A stretch of 64,000 nucleotides of DNA from Prevotella sp. (GTDB lineage: Bacteria; Bacteroidota; Bacteroidia; Bacteroidales; Bacteroidaceae), in the NCBI GenBank assembly GCA_045225255.1, contig JBGVBD010000099.1, positions 19,697-83,696 on the forward strand. The letters run 5' to 3'. The first letter of the stretch is position 1. Each line of letters opens with the position of its first letter. The notes under the pieces were generated by a model that had not been told where the DNA came from, did no database searches, and was given only the letters and a program-made list of their open reading frames with translations. The position numbers and the translations under genes are program-made. Shown here piece by piece: positions 38,920 to 48,913 of this stretch.

Positions 38920-39945
38920 TTAATGATTCTTATTACTTCTTTCGTATGCTCTTGCTGCCTTGGCGGATTTAGCTGCTTCACGAGCCTCTATGCGGGAAGA
39001 TTTTTCCTTAGCGACCTTTTCAGCTTTCTCTAATTGTTGATAACGTTTTTCATCAGCCTTTGCCTCTTTCTCAATACGCTTTTCTAATTCCTTGTTTTCT
39101 CTACGAATCTGTTTCTCTGACTTATAGAAATTCCCGTCCAATGTCACCTCTGTTGTAGCATTGGTGATAATTGGTGTACGGGAGATAATCTCCAGTGTAA
39201 GGATGTTTGTAATGATATCAGTCTGCATATTCTGATATTCCTTCACTGTACTTAACTCATGCATCTTAGTCCAGGCATAATCCTCAATAGACATATTTCC
39301 CTGATGGAAGTCTTCTTGGTTCAATGCACCAGCACCTTGATAGGCTGCAGCACCTTCACTGGCAGTCTTTAGAGTAACCAAAGAGTTCGTGATTTTGGCA
39401 TATAAGGTACTGATTTGAAGTTTTAAGTCCTCAAACTTGATGTCTTTTTCCAGTCGGGCTTTATCTGCTTCCAAACGTTTACGTTTAATAGAAGGTGACC
39501 AATCAAGAATATCTTCCAATGGGATATTTAGATTAATGCCGACATTCCAATATGACTGTTCACTTCCGTCTTTGGATTCAAAGATAGGCGTAAAGTTCAT
39601 TGTACCAGTCTGATTATTAGTCAACTGACTATAGACATCTGTCTTACCATAAGTATAACTAGCGTGCGCACGTACGTAAGAGAAAATGTGACGCTTCTGT
39701 TTGGCAACTTCTGCCTTAGCAAGTTGTTCACTTTTCTCTAATGACAGGATACTAGGATTCTGTTTGGCATTCTCAAAGAGAACAGACAATGGGGGCAGGT
39801 GAAACGTCGAGAAGTTTAGTGTACTTTCTTCACTCGAATCAAAGAATCCTGCACTGATTCCACTATCATCTAACTGTTGGGCATAAGACAGAGAACTTAT
39901 GCACAACGCAGAAATAAATAGTGGTAAGCGTTTGAATATGTTCAT
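38920..39945 (-). CDS. TolC-like outer membrane protein
   Basis: Signal peptide, LPPLSVLFENAKQNP, VGINLNIPL strand, helical coiled coils. Confidence 0.65.
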   Translation of the reverse strand: MNIFKRLPLFISALCISSLSYAQQLDDSGISAGFFDSSEESTLNFSTFHLPPLSVLFENAKQNPSILSLEKSEQLAKAEVAKQKRHIFSYVRAHASYTYGKTDVYSQLTNNQTGTMNFTPIFESKDGSEQSYWNVGINLNIPLEDILDWSPSIKRKRLEADKARLEKDIKFEDLKLQISTLYAKITNSLVTLKTASEGAAAYQGAGALNQEDFHQGNMSIEDYAWTKMHELSTVKEYQNMQTDIITNILTLEIISRTPIITNATTEVTLDGNFYKSEKQIRRENKELEKRIEKEAKADEKRYQQLEKAEKVAKEKSSRIEAREAAKSAKAARAYERSNKNH

Positions 39946-39970
39946 TTTTTTTAATATATTAATTACTACT

Positions 39971-41173
39971 TTATACGTTTTCTTTTTGTACGAATGCAAA
40001 TAATGTGCGGAAGATGATTTTCATGTCAAGCATGAAATTATAAGTCTGTCCGTACGTGATATCCAATTGTTTGCGCTCTTCGGCAGACATGTTGCCGCCT
40101 TTTCCGCGCTCTTCTACTTGCCAGAGTCCCGTAAGTCCTGCAGGTGCCATGAAACGGTCAATGCTGGAGTCTGCGGTTAGTCTTTCTGCTTCATAGAGTG
40201 GAAGAGGACGATTACCAACGATGGACATATCTCCTTTCAAGATGTTAAAGAGTTGTGGCAGTTCATCAATGCTATATTTCCTGATGAAACGCCCAACCTT
40301 AGTCACACGAGGATCATTCTCTATCTTTACAAATGCATTGTTAATATCCTCTTCCTTCTTCTTGTTGAAGTCACTTTCAGCCACGACGAAATCATCACCA
40401 ATCAGCATGGTCTCTTCATCGCTAATCACCATGTCGGATTCCATGCCTAAATCAATCATGTCTTGTTCTGCCTCTTCACCGAGAGGAGCCGTGATGGTTC
40501 TGTGCTCATCTTCCTCTTCATTTTCAGCATATTGGTTGCGCCCTTTGATCACCTCCTTGAGTCTTTCTTCTGCATCTACATACATGCTGCGGAATTTCAA
40601 GAAGTCAAAAATGGTGTAATTGGTTCCAACACGTTTCGATTTAAACATGATGGGACCTTTACTCTCTAATCTAATAGCAATCGCTGTCAAAATGAAGATA
40701 GGTGACAATATAATGATGGCAAGACCAGAGAAGAAAATGTCGAACAAACGTTTCCAGACAGGAATCTTAAATTTAAGAATCTTGTATTTGGGCGCCTCGT
40801 CATCAAACAAAATATTCTCACGGTCAGAGATAAACTGAATCTTTTTGTTTAATACCGTTACAGAGGCATCACGAATGATGGTGTCATTAATACCGCATTT
40901 CATATATATCTGTCTTTCTTCAGACGACATCTCGTCGGTGAGTAAGATGATATAAACATTGCGGCATTTCTTTCGAAGATAGGTGATGGCTGTAATATCC
41001 TCACTGCGAACATTTCGTTCAAAAAAGACAATGAAATGTTCATTAGATACGTGAGGAGTACATATCTGAGCAGCATCCTTATAAGCACCAGTCATACGGA
41101 CTAATTGCCCTGGGATGTATTTTAGTCGTTCCTGTGTTTTAGGATTGTTGCCTAAATAAACAACACCTATCAT
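39971..41173 (-). CDS. Priming sugar transferase (undecaprenyl-phosphate glycosylphosphotransferase) with receiver-like N-terminus
   Basis: KRLFDI, KFRSM, DPRVTKVGRFIRKYSIDELPQLFNILKGDMSIVGNRP, GLTGLWQV. Confidence 0.93.
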   Translation of the reverse strand: MIGVVYLGNNPKTQERLKYIPGQLVRMTGAYKDAAQICTPHVSNEHFIVFFERNVRSEDITAITYLRKKCRNVYIILLTDEMSSEERQIYMKCGINDTIIRDASVTVLNKKIQFISDRENILFDDEAPKYKILKFKIPVWKRLFDIFFSGLAIIILSPIFILTAIAIRLESKGPIMFKSKRVGTNYTIFDFLKFRSMYVDAEERLKEVIKGRNQYAENEEEDEHRTITAPLGEEAEQDMIDLGMESDMVISDEETMLIGDDFVVAESDFNKKKEEDINNAFVKIENDPRVTKVGRFIRKYSIDELPQLFNILKGDMSIVGNRPLPLYEAERLTADSSIDRFMAPAGLTGLWQVEERGKGGNMSAEERKQLDITYGQTYNFMLDMKIIFRTLFAFVQKENV

Positions 41174-41189
41174 ATATTATATAATATAA

Positions 41190-41558
41190 TTAATTCGGAA
41201 GTATTTTCTTGACTCGAATCTTTAACTCCATTGGATTGAAGGGCTTGACGATATAGTCAACGGCACCAATCTCCAACAAGCGGATACGCTCACTGGTGGA
41301 ATCCTCACTGGAAAGCATGATGACAGGGATATGGCGGAATAATTCATTCTGCTTAATCCACTCCAAGAAATCGTCTCCACGCATACCTGGCATACGGATA
41401 TCAGATATGATAAGGTCGGGTGTATTACCTGCTTGAAGCCATTTTACACCTTGCAATCCATCAGGGAGCCATTGTACGTCATAATCGCTCATCAGATAGA
41501 TGGAGAGAACCTTTGCGATAGTCTCTTTGTCATCCAATATTAATATTTTTTTCTTCAT
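41190..41558 (-). CDS. Single-domain response regulator
   Basis: ILDD, LIISDIRMP, MLSS, VKPF; -7 promoter on - strand at 41602-41609. Confidence 0.93.
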   Translation of the reverse strand: MKKKILILDDKETIAKVLSIYLMSDYDVQWLPDGLQGVKWLQAGNTPDLIISDIRMPGMRGDDFLEWIKQNELFRHIPVIMLSSEDSTSERIRLLEIGAVDYIVKPFNPMELKIRVKKILPN

Positions 41559-41746
41559 ATATGAATATAATTTTTGCCTCCAATTATGTTATTCTAATGT
41601 GCAAAGGTAAAAAAATATTTTTAATTGTAGTCAAATAATGATAAAAAAATGCTGAAAAAGCGTAAAAAAGTTGGATTTTCGGAAAAATTTAAGGAAATTT
41701 GTAGTGCTAAACATAAAAATAGAATAGAATATTCAATATTTAATTT

Positions 41747-43237
41747 ATGGCAAATAGATATCTATTAGGTTTCGATGTCGGCAGTTCTTCTGTAAAGGCA
41801 TCGCTCGTGAATGCAGATTCAGGAAAATGTGTTGCAACTGCTTTTTATCCGGAAAAAGAAGCACCTATTATGGCGGTTAAAGCCGGTTGGGCAGAACAAG
41901 ATCCCCAGATGTGGTGGGATAATGCTAAACTGAGTCTGAAAAAGATTATGACCGAAGCAGGTGCTGCGGGTGAGGATATCAAGGCGATTGGTATCTCATA
42001 TCAGATGCATGGTTTGGTTTGTGTGGATAAAGACATGAAGGCTTTACGCCCGTCCATCATCTGGTGTGACTCCCGTGCTGTTCCTTATGGTGAGAAAGCA
42101 TTCAAGGACTTAGGTTCAGATCAGTGCCTGAGCCATTTGTTGAATTCTCCAGGTAACTTCACGGCTGCCAAACTCGCATGGGTGAAGGAGAATGAGCCTG
42201 CAGTATATGAGAAGATTTATAAGATTATGCTGCCAGGTGACTATATTGCTATGCGTCTTTCTGGTACTGCCAATACGACGGTCAGTGGACTGAGTGAAGG
42301 AATGTTCTGGGATTTCAAGAACAATCAAGTGGCTGATTTCCTGATGAAATACTATGGTTTCGACCAGTCTTTGATCAGCGATATTGTACCGACTTTCAGT
42401 GTACAGAGTGAAGTCAGTGCAGAGGCTGCTGCTGAATTGGGGCTGAAAGCAGGTACACCTATTACATATAGAGGAGGTGACCAGCCGAATAATGCATTGT
42501 CTCTGAATGTGCTCAATCCTGGTGAGATTGCTGCTACAGCAGGTACTTCAGGTGTGGTATATGGTGTTCTTGGTGAGGTGAATTACGACAAACAGAGCCG
42601 TGTGAATACCTTTGCACATGTGAACCACAGCACCGACCAGACGCGTCTGGGAGTACTGCTCTGTATCAATGGTACTGGTATTCTCAATGCATGGACACAT
42701 CGCAATATTACTCCAGAAATCGGCTATGCTGAGATGAATGACTTGGCTGCTTCAGTGCCCATTGGTAGTGAAGGCGTAACGATTATTCCGTTTGGCAATG
42801 GTGCTGAGCGCGTATTAGAGAATAAAGAGATTGGTTGTTCTATTAACGGATTGAATTTCAATAAGCATAACAAGGCTCATCTTGTACGTGCAGCCCAAGA
42901 GGGTATTGTCTTCTCGTTCTGCTATGGTATGGAGATCATGCAGCAGATGGGTATGAGCATTAAGAAGATTCATGCAGGTAAGGCGAATATGTTCCTTAGC
43001 CCATTGTTCCGCGATACTTTGGCAGGCGTCAGTGGTGCAACGATAGAACTTTACGATACTGACGGTTCTGTTGGTGCTGCCAAGGGCGCAGGAATCGGTG
43101 CTGGTATCTATAAAGACAATAACGAGGCATTTGCAACGTTAGATAAGTTACAGGTTATTGAGCCAGATGAGGCTCGTCGTGGCGAATACCTGTCTGCTTA
43201 TGCTAAGTGGAAAGAGACTTTGAACAAGAACTTATAA
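41747..43237 (+). CDS. xylB: Xylulokinase
   Basis: FGGY kinase motifs LGFDVGSSSVK, SYQMHGLV, IIWCDSR, GDQPNNA, RAAQEGI; adjacent to xylA. Confidence 0.93.
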   Translation: MANRYLLGFDVGSSSVKASLVNADSGKCVATAFYPEKEAPIMAVKAGWAEQDPQMWWDNAKLSLKKIMTEAGAAGEDIKAIGISYQMHGLVCVDKDMKALRPSIIWCDSRAVPYGEKAFKDLGSDQCLSHLLNSPGNFTAAKLAWVKENEPAVYEKIYKIMLPGDYIAMRLSGTANTTVSGLSEGMFWDFKNNQVADFLMKYYGFDQSLISDIVPTFSVQSEVSAEAAAELGLKAGTPITYRGGDQPNNALSLNVLNPGEIAATAGTSGVVYGVLGEVNYDKQSRVNTFAHVNHSTDQTRLGVLLCINGTGILNAWTHRNITPEIGYAEMNDLAASVPIGSEGVTIIPFGNGAERVLENKEIGCSINGLNFNKHNKAHLVRAAQEGIVFSFCYGMEIMQQMGMSIKKIHAGKANMFLSPLFRDTLAGVSGATIELYDTDGSVGAAKGAGIGAGIYKDNNEAFATLDKLQVIEPDEARRGEYLSAYAKWKETLNKNL

Positions 43238-43261
43238 TTATTTACAAACAAACATAAAACT

Positions 43262-44581
43262 ATGGCAAAAGAGTATTTTCCGTTTACCGGTAAAATTCCT
43301 TTCGAAGGAAAAGACAGTAAGAATGTAATGGCTTTCCACTATTACGAGCCTGAGAAGGTCGTAATGGGAAAGAAGATGAAGGATTGGCTGAAGTTCGCTA
43401 TGGCTTGGTGGCATACACTGGGTGGAGCAAGTGCTGACCAGTTCGGTGGTCAGACTCGCTTTTATGAGTGGGACAAAGCTGCTGATCCCGTTCAGCGTGC
43501 CAAGGATAAGATGGACGCAGGTTTCGAGATTATGGACAAGCTGGGCATCGAATATTTCTGCTTCCACGATATCGACCTCGTTCAGGAGGCTGATACCATT
43601 GCCGAATATGAGGAGCGCATGAAGGCTATCACCGACTACGCTCAGGAGAAGATGAAGCAGTATCCCAATATCAAACTGTTGTGGGGTACCGCTAACGTAT
43701 TTAGCAACAAGCGCTATATGAATGGTGCTTCTACTAATCCTGACTTTGACGTAGTGGCCCGTGCTATTGTTCAGATTAAGAACTCTATCGATGCAACCAT
43801 CAAGTTGGGTGGTACCAACTATGTGTTCTGGGGTGGACGTGAGGGCTATATGAGTCTGCTGAATACCGACCAGAAGCGTGAGAAAGAGCACATGGCTACC
43901 ATGCTTGGTATGGCTCGTGACTATGCTCGCAGCAAGGGCTTCAAGGGTACTTTCCTGATTGAGCCGAAGCCTATGGAGCCTTCTAAGCATCAGTATGATG
44001 TCGACACAGAGACCGTTATTGGTTTCCTGAAGGCACATGGTCTGGACAAGGACTTCAAAGTTAACATCGAGGTGAACCACGCTACTCTCGCCGGTCATAC
44101 CTTCGAGCATGAGTTGGCTTGTGCTGTTGACGCTGGCATGTTGGGTTCTATCGACGCTAACCGTGGTGACGCACAGAACGGTTGGGATACCGACCAGTTC
44201 CCCATTGATAATTTCGAACTGACTCAGGCTATGATGGAGATTATCCGTAATGGTGGTCTGGGCAATGGCGGTACTAACTTCGATGCTAAGATCCGTCGTA
44301 ACTCTACCGACCTCGAGGATCTGTTCATTGCACACATCAGTGGTATGGATGCTATGGCTCGTGCTTTGATGAATGCTGCTGATATTCTGGAGAACTCTGA
44401 ACTGCCCGCTATGAAGAAGGCTCGCTATGCAAGTTTCGACAGCGGTATTGGTAAGGACTTCGAGGATGGCAAACTGACCTTCGAGCAGGCTTACGAGTAT
44501 GGTAAGAAGGTGGAAGAGCCGAAGCAGACCTCTGGAAAACAGGAGAAGTACGAGACTATCGTTGCTCTCTATGCAAAATAA
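43262..44581 (+). CDS. xylA: Xylose isomerase (class II)
   Basis: AWWHT, CFHD, WGGREGY, IEPKPMEP, NIEVNHA, GWDTDQF, NFDAK. Confidence 0.98.
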   Translation: MAKEYFPFTGKIPFEGKDSKNVMAFHYYEPEKVVMGKKMKDWLKFAMAWWHTLGGASADQFGGQTRFYEWDKAADPVQRAKDKMDAGFEIMDKLGIEYFCFHDIDLVQEADTIAEYEERMKAITDYAQEKMKQYPNIKLLWGTANVFSNKRYMNGASTNPDFDVVARAIVQIKNSIDATIKLGGTNYVFWGGREGYMSLLNTDQKREKEHMATMLGMARDYARSKGFKGTFLIEPKPMEPSKHQYDVDTETVIGFLKAHGLDKDFKVNIEVNHATLAGHTFEHELACAVDAGMLGSIDANRGDAQNGWDTDQFPIDNFELTQAMMEIIRNGGLGNGGTNFDAKIRRNSTDLEDLFIAHISGMDAMARALMNAADILENSELPAMKKARYASFDSGIGKDFEDGKLTFEQAYEYGKKVEEPKQTSGKQEKYETIVALYAK

Positions 44582-44592
44582 TCAGTCTGATT

Positions 44593-44632
44593 TCAATAAA
44601 AAGGCCCGCTTATTGGCGGGCTTTTTTATTGA
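44593..44632. terminator. Bidirectional intrinsic terminator between xylA and fcl
   Basis: TCAATAAAAAGGCCCGCT-TATT-GGCGGGCTTTTTTATTGA. Confidence 0.9.
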
Positions 44633-45834
44633 TGTATACTAGTGCGATACCACTCAAATAATTTCTTGACACCATCCTCTATCTCCACTTGATGTGTCCA
44701 ACCCAAAGAGTGTAGTTTAGAGACATCAATCAACTTGCGCATAGTACCATCAGGTTTGGAAGCATCGAATTCAACGACACCTTCAAAACCAACGGCTTTC
44801 ACAACAAGTTCCGACAGTTCACGGATAGTGAGTTCCTTGCCCGTACCTACATTGATATGACAGTTGCGAATCTCTCCCAATGAAGGAATGGCTCCACCGC
44901 GGCCCGCACTATGGTTACGGTCTACGGCACCATCCGTCGAGGCTCCGAAATGAACACTCGAATATTTCTCGATACCGATAATATCACTGAAGTTGACATT
45001 AAGCAATACGTGTACACTGGCATCAGCCATATCCTCACTCCACAAGAACTCGCGAAGTGGAGTACCCGTACCCCAAAGCACCACCTTATTATTATATATA
45101 CCGTATTTTGCCAAAACGTCGAGGACTTTTTGGCGAGGTGAGGGGTGAGAGGTGAGAGGTGAGAGAATACCTTCGCCAGTGACGCCTTCTACGGGGCGTT
45201 TATTGAGGTCAGTGGCAATCTTGTCCCATTCTCCGTCATGGATCAGTTTCGCCAGATATATCTTGCGCATCATGGCGGGCATCACATGGCTATTTTCCAA
45301 GTGGAAGTTGTCATTAGGGCCATAAAGATTGGTGGGCATCACAGCAATATAGTTGGTGCCATATTGCAGGTTATAACTCTCACACATTTTCAGACCGGCA
45401 ATCTTGGCAATGGCATATTCCTCGTTGGTATATTCTAAAGGAGATGTCAGCAAGCAATCTTCCTTCATGGGCTGAGGTGCATTCTTAGGATAGATGCATG
45501 TAGAACCTAAGAACAGCAGTTTCTTGACGCCATGGGCGTAGGCTTCGCTGATGACATTACACTGGATTTTCATGTTCATCATGATGAAGTCAGCACGGTA
45601 CAGGCTATTTGCCATGATGCCACCAACAAAGGCAGCAGCAAGGACAACAGCATCAGGACGCTCCTCATCAAAGAACTCCCTTACAGCAACTTGGTCTGTC
45701 AAGTCGAGTTCCTTGTGGGTTCTGCCTACAAGGTTTGTGTATCCTCGTTGCAGGAGATTATTCCAAATAGCGGAACCTACCAATCCGTGGTGTCCCGCTA
45801 CATAGATCTTACTATTCTTATCTAACATGTCCAT
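44626..45834 (-). CDS. fcl: GDP-L-fucose synthase
   Basis: AGHHGLVGSAI, AAAFVGGIMAN, LGSTCIYP, YAIAKIAG, PTNLYGPNDNF, WGTGTPLREFL, KPDGTMRK. Confidence 0.96.
   Translation of the reverse strand: MDMLDKNSKIYVAGHHGLVGSAIWNNLLQRGYTNLVGRTHKELDLTDQVAVREFFDEERPDAVVLAAAFVGGIMANSLYRADFIMMNMKIQCNVISEAYAHGVKKLLFLGSTCIYPKNAPQPMKEDCLLTSPLEYTNEEYAIAKIAGLKMCESYNLQYGTNYIAVMPTNLYGPNDNFHLENSHVMPAMMRKIYLAKLIHDGEWDKIATDLNKRPVEGVTGEGILSPLTSHPSPRQKVLDVLAKYGIYNNKVVLWGTGTPLREFLWSEDMADASVHVLLNVNFSDIIGIEKYSSVHFGASTDGAVDRNHSAGRGGAIPSLGEIRNCHINVGTGKELTIRELSELVVKAVGFEGVVEFDASKPDGTMRKLIDVSKLHSLGWTHQVEIEDGVKKLFEWYRTSIHQ
45135..45165. repeat. Heptamer (GRGGTGA)x4 inside fcl
   Basis: Read directly; encodes LSPLTSHPSP. Confidence 0.92.
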
Positions 45835-45841
45835 GAAGACA

Positions 45842-46909
45842 TTAGTCTTGTCCTGAAAATTGTTTGATACGCTGTTCTTCTGAGAGTTTACAGATCAAAA
45901 GGGTGTCATTATTCTCTGCGACGATATATCCTTCCAGTCCTTGAATGACCACCTTTTTCTCTTGTGTTGTATGTATCATGCAGTTGTGGGTTTCCACTAC
46001 AGTAATGTCAGGTCCGATGCAGGCATTCCCATAGAGATCTTTCTTCGTGTTCTGTTGTAGAGAACCCCATGTGCCGAGGTCACTCCATCCAAAGTCGGCG
46101 GGATAGACGAATATCTCTTCTGCTTTCTCCATGATGGCATAGTCCACGGAGATATTCTCACATTCTGGGAACAGACGGTCAATCTCGGTTTGCTCATTCT
46201 CTGTACCATAGATAGGTAACAATGACTCAAAGATTTTTGCCATGGTAGGCTGATAGATACGGAAGGCATTAACGATGGTGTTAACGTTCCAAATGAAGAT
46301 ACCGGCATTCCAGAAATAGTTGTTCTTGCTGATATACTGCTTGGCAGTTTCTAAGTCAGGCTTCTCACGGAAAGAGTCTACGCGGAAGATCTCTTTGTTG
46401 CGTAGAGAATTGCTGGAAAGGGCTGCCTGGATATAACCATAGCCCGTCTCAGGACGGGAAGGCTTCATACCTAAGGTAACGATAGCATCGCTGTCACTGG
46501 TGAAATCCATGCTTTCTGAAATGACGCGGCGGAACTCGTTGACGTTCATGACAATATGGTCACTGGGCGTGACGACAATGTTGGCTTTCGGATCGGATGA
46601 CTTGATTCGCCAACTGACGTATGCGATGCAGGGTGCTGTATTACGGCGACAGGGCTCACATAAAATATGATTTTGGGGCATATCGGGCAGTTGACTGCTG
46701 ACGATATCGGCATATTTCTGATTGGTGACAACCCATACATTCTCTTTTGGGATAATGGATTCAAAGCGGTCAACGGTCAGTTGCAGTAATGTTCTGCCGA
46801 CTCCCAGCACGTCAATGAACTGCTTGGGATGCTCAGCAGTACTCATTGGCCAAAAACGGCTACCCACACCGCCAGCCATAATCACCAAATGATTATTGAT
46901 TCTTGCCAT
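45842..46909 (-). CDS. manC: Mannose-1-phosphate guanylyltransferase
   Basis: MAGGVGSRFWPMS, PKQF, RNTAP, PSDH, PETGYGYI, WNAGIF, ISVDYAIMEK, WSDLGTW. Confidence 0.95.
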   Translation of the reverse strand: MARINNHLVIMAGGVGSRFWPMSTAEHPKQFIDVLGVGRTLLQLTVDRFESIIPKENVWVVTNQKYADIVSSQLPDMPQNHILCEPCRRNTAPCIAYVSWRIKSSDPKANIVVTPSDHIVMNVNEFRRVISESMDFTSDSDAIVTLGMKPSRPETGYGYIQAALSSNSLRNKEIFRVDSFREKPDLETAKQYISKNNYFWNAGIFIWNVNTIVNAFRIYQPTMAKIFESLLPIYGTENEQTEIDRLFPECENISVDYAIMEKAEEIFVYPADFGWSDLGTWGSLQQNTKKDLYGNACIGPDITVVETHNCMIHTTQEKKVVIQGLEGYIVAENNDTLLICKLSEEQRIKQFSGQD

Positions 46910-46970
46910 AATGTCTTATATTTTTAAAATATGTGGCAAAAATACGAAAAATATCCGATACGAACGAATA

Positions 46971-47597
46971 TTATTTGTTTTTTCTTTTAAGGAAGTGACG
47001 TACGACAAAGTATCCGATAGCAATCAATACCAGTCCAATGATAATGATTTTAATATATTCGGCATACTCGGTTATCTTGTCGTTCAGTTGGTCCTCGGGA
47101 ACAATGGCATGCAGATACCATCCCAAAGCAGCAAGAATAGCGTGCCATACTCCAGCACCGATGGTGGTGTAGAGCAGGAACTTCCAGTAGTTCATCTTTG
47201 CCAGTCCTGCAGGAATGGAGATGAGATGACGGATACCGGGTATCAGTCTTCCTGTCAGTGTTGCCACAATGCCATGGTCGTCGAAGTATTTCTCACTCTT
47301 CTCTACCTTTTCCTGATTCAACAGACACATCTTTCCCCATTTACTATTTGCGAAGCGATAGATGACTGGTCTGCCGACATAGTAGGCAACAACATAATTG
47401 ATGGAAGCACCCAGATCGGCTCCTATCGTGGCAAAAAGGATGACCAAAAACACATCCAGGTTCCCACCTGCGGCATGATAGGCGGCAGGTGTTACGACAA
47501 ATTCCGAGGGAACGGGTACTACCGTACTTTCGAGTAGCATCAGAAACAGGATGGTACCATAATTGAGATTGGAGAGAAGGGATGAGATCAGATTCAT
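46971..47597 (-). CDS. DedA family membrane protein
   Basis: LESTVVPVPSE, GRLIPGIRHLISIPAG. Confidence 0.92.
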   Translation of the reverse strand: MNLISSLLSNLNYGTILFLMLLESTVVPVPSEFVVTPAAYHAAGGNLDVFLVILFATIGADLGASINYVVAYYVGRPVIYRFANSKWGKMCLLNQEKVEKSEKYFDDHGIVATLTGRLIPGIRHLISIPAGLAKMNYWKFLLYTTIGAGVWHAILAALGWYLHAIVPEDQLNDKITEYAEYIKIIIIGLVLIAIGYFVVRHFLKRKNK

Positions 47598-48913
47598 TTC
47601 TTCAGTTTGTTTTGCATGTAATGATAATAGTCTTTTGTTTCCATGTCTTTAGGAAACAGATGCTTGAGCACGATATGTGCCTCATAGGGATTTTGCTCAA
47701 CGGCAATGCGCAGGTATGTCAGGAATTCCTCCGTATAGCCAAGGTCCCAACAACAGAGTGCCATGTATGCATGACCTTCGTTGAAGTTATCGTCGACCAT
47801 TGTAAAGAACTTCTTGAACATCGAATAGCATGCCGTGAGGTATTTGTTGTCATAGAGCGATACGATGATGCGCAATAGAACGAAGGGCGCATTGTCTGAA
47901 CGGATAATGGCTTCTTTGAATGCTTTCTCCGCCTCATGGATATCGTCGTTCTCCAGATAGATATGTCCTTTCAAGACGAGCAAGTCTACAGGATCAGATT
48001 CCAAAGCCTTTGTCTTGTCAAGATAGGCTATCGCCTTGTCGAGTTGATGGAGTGCGCTATAGCAGAAAGCAAGTTCCTGATAGACTTGCAGGAGTATATG
48101 GGATTCGGGTTCACATACCTTCTCATAGCGTTCGTAATATTGAATGGCTTCCTCGAAGTTGCCCAATCGGTAAAGCCCGTTCGCCTTGCTGAGCAGTCCT
48201 TCTGGGTCTTCAGGGTCGATGGCGATGGCATATTCACTGCTGGTCACCGAACCGCTGAAGTCTTCATTCATAAACTGCGCGCTTGCCAAAGCATTCCAAT
48301 AACGTTTGGAATAAGGATTACGGTCTAGCAGTTCATTAAAGATACGTTCGCTGTCTTTGTATTTCCCTAACCCGAAGAGCGCGCGGGCCATCAGTTCCAT
48401 AAAATCGTTACTGTTGTCTCCCTTGGTGCGCATAATCCATTCATACGCCTTGTCACTCACTCCATAGTCCATATAGATATTAGAGACATCCATCACGAAA
48501 TCCTGATATTCATCGGGAGGTATGGTGGCAAAATACTGGCGCAGGTATTCGTCGGCTTCATCAATCCGGTCTTGTGCGATGAGCAGTTCAGCCTGCATAT
48601 ACTGGTAGTCAGGGTCGTCCTTGTTTTCAATCTGCTCTACATACTGTCGTGCTGTATCAATGTCACCTTCCGTTAAAGCTTCACGGGCTTTAAACACATT
48701 GGGCTGGGTGGCGTTAGGGTAGAGCGACAAGGCATAGTCTATGGCTTCATCGGCTTGTTGAGGATCATTCATGAAGTGGTAATAATCAGCAATATCTGCC
48801 AAGTCATCGGCATCCATGAAGATCGGATGCCCTGACTTGACAGATTCTTCGTAGTTGTCCAGCATTTCCTGGAACTCCTTACTGTCGAAATAATCGTCGC
48901 CAGTTTGCTTCAT
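47594..48913 (-). CDS. Tetratricopeptide repeat protein
   Basis: Repeated TPR-like helices (e.g. YWNALASAQF...AIAIDP, KANGLYRLGNFEEAIQYY). Confidence 0.85.
   Translation of the reverse strand: MKQTGDDYFDSKEFQEMLDNYEESVKSGHPIFMDADDLADIADYYHFMNDPQQADEAIDYALSLYPNATQPNVFKAREALTEGDIDTARQYVEQIENKDDPDYQYMQAELLIAQDRIDEADEYLRQYFATIPPDEYQDFVMDVSNIYMDYGVSDKAYEWIMRTKGDNSNDFMELMARALFGLGKYKDSERIFNELLDRNPYSKRYWNALASAQFMNEDFSGSVTSSEYAIAIDPEDPEGLLSKANGLYRLGNFEEAIQYYERYEKVCEPESHILLQVYQELAFCYSALHQLDKAIAYLDKTKALESDPVDLLVLKGHIYLENDDIHEAEKAFKEAIIRSDNAPFVLLRIIVSLYDNKYLTACYSMFKKFFTMVDDNFNEGHAYMALCCWDLGYTEEFLTYLRIAVEQNPYEAHIVLKHLFPKDMETKDYYHYMQNKLKK

Noticed and set aside
41559-41746. Invertible promoter or xylose-regulator operator upstream of the EPS operon and xylB
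   Set aside because: No convincing long inverted repeats or operator palindrome seen, and no invertase gene in the window.
43238-44335. 365-aa antisense ORF over xylA
   Set aside because: Shadow ORF expected from the strong codon bias of a highly expressed gene; no recognisable motifs.
46896-47537. 213-aa + strand ORF
   Set aside because: Antisense to dedA, with no family features.
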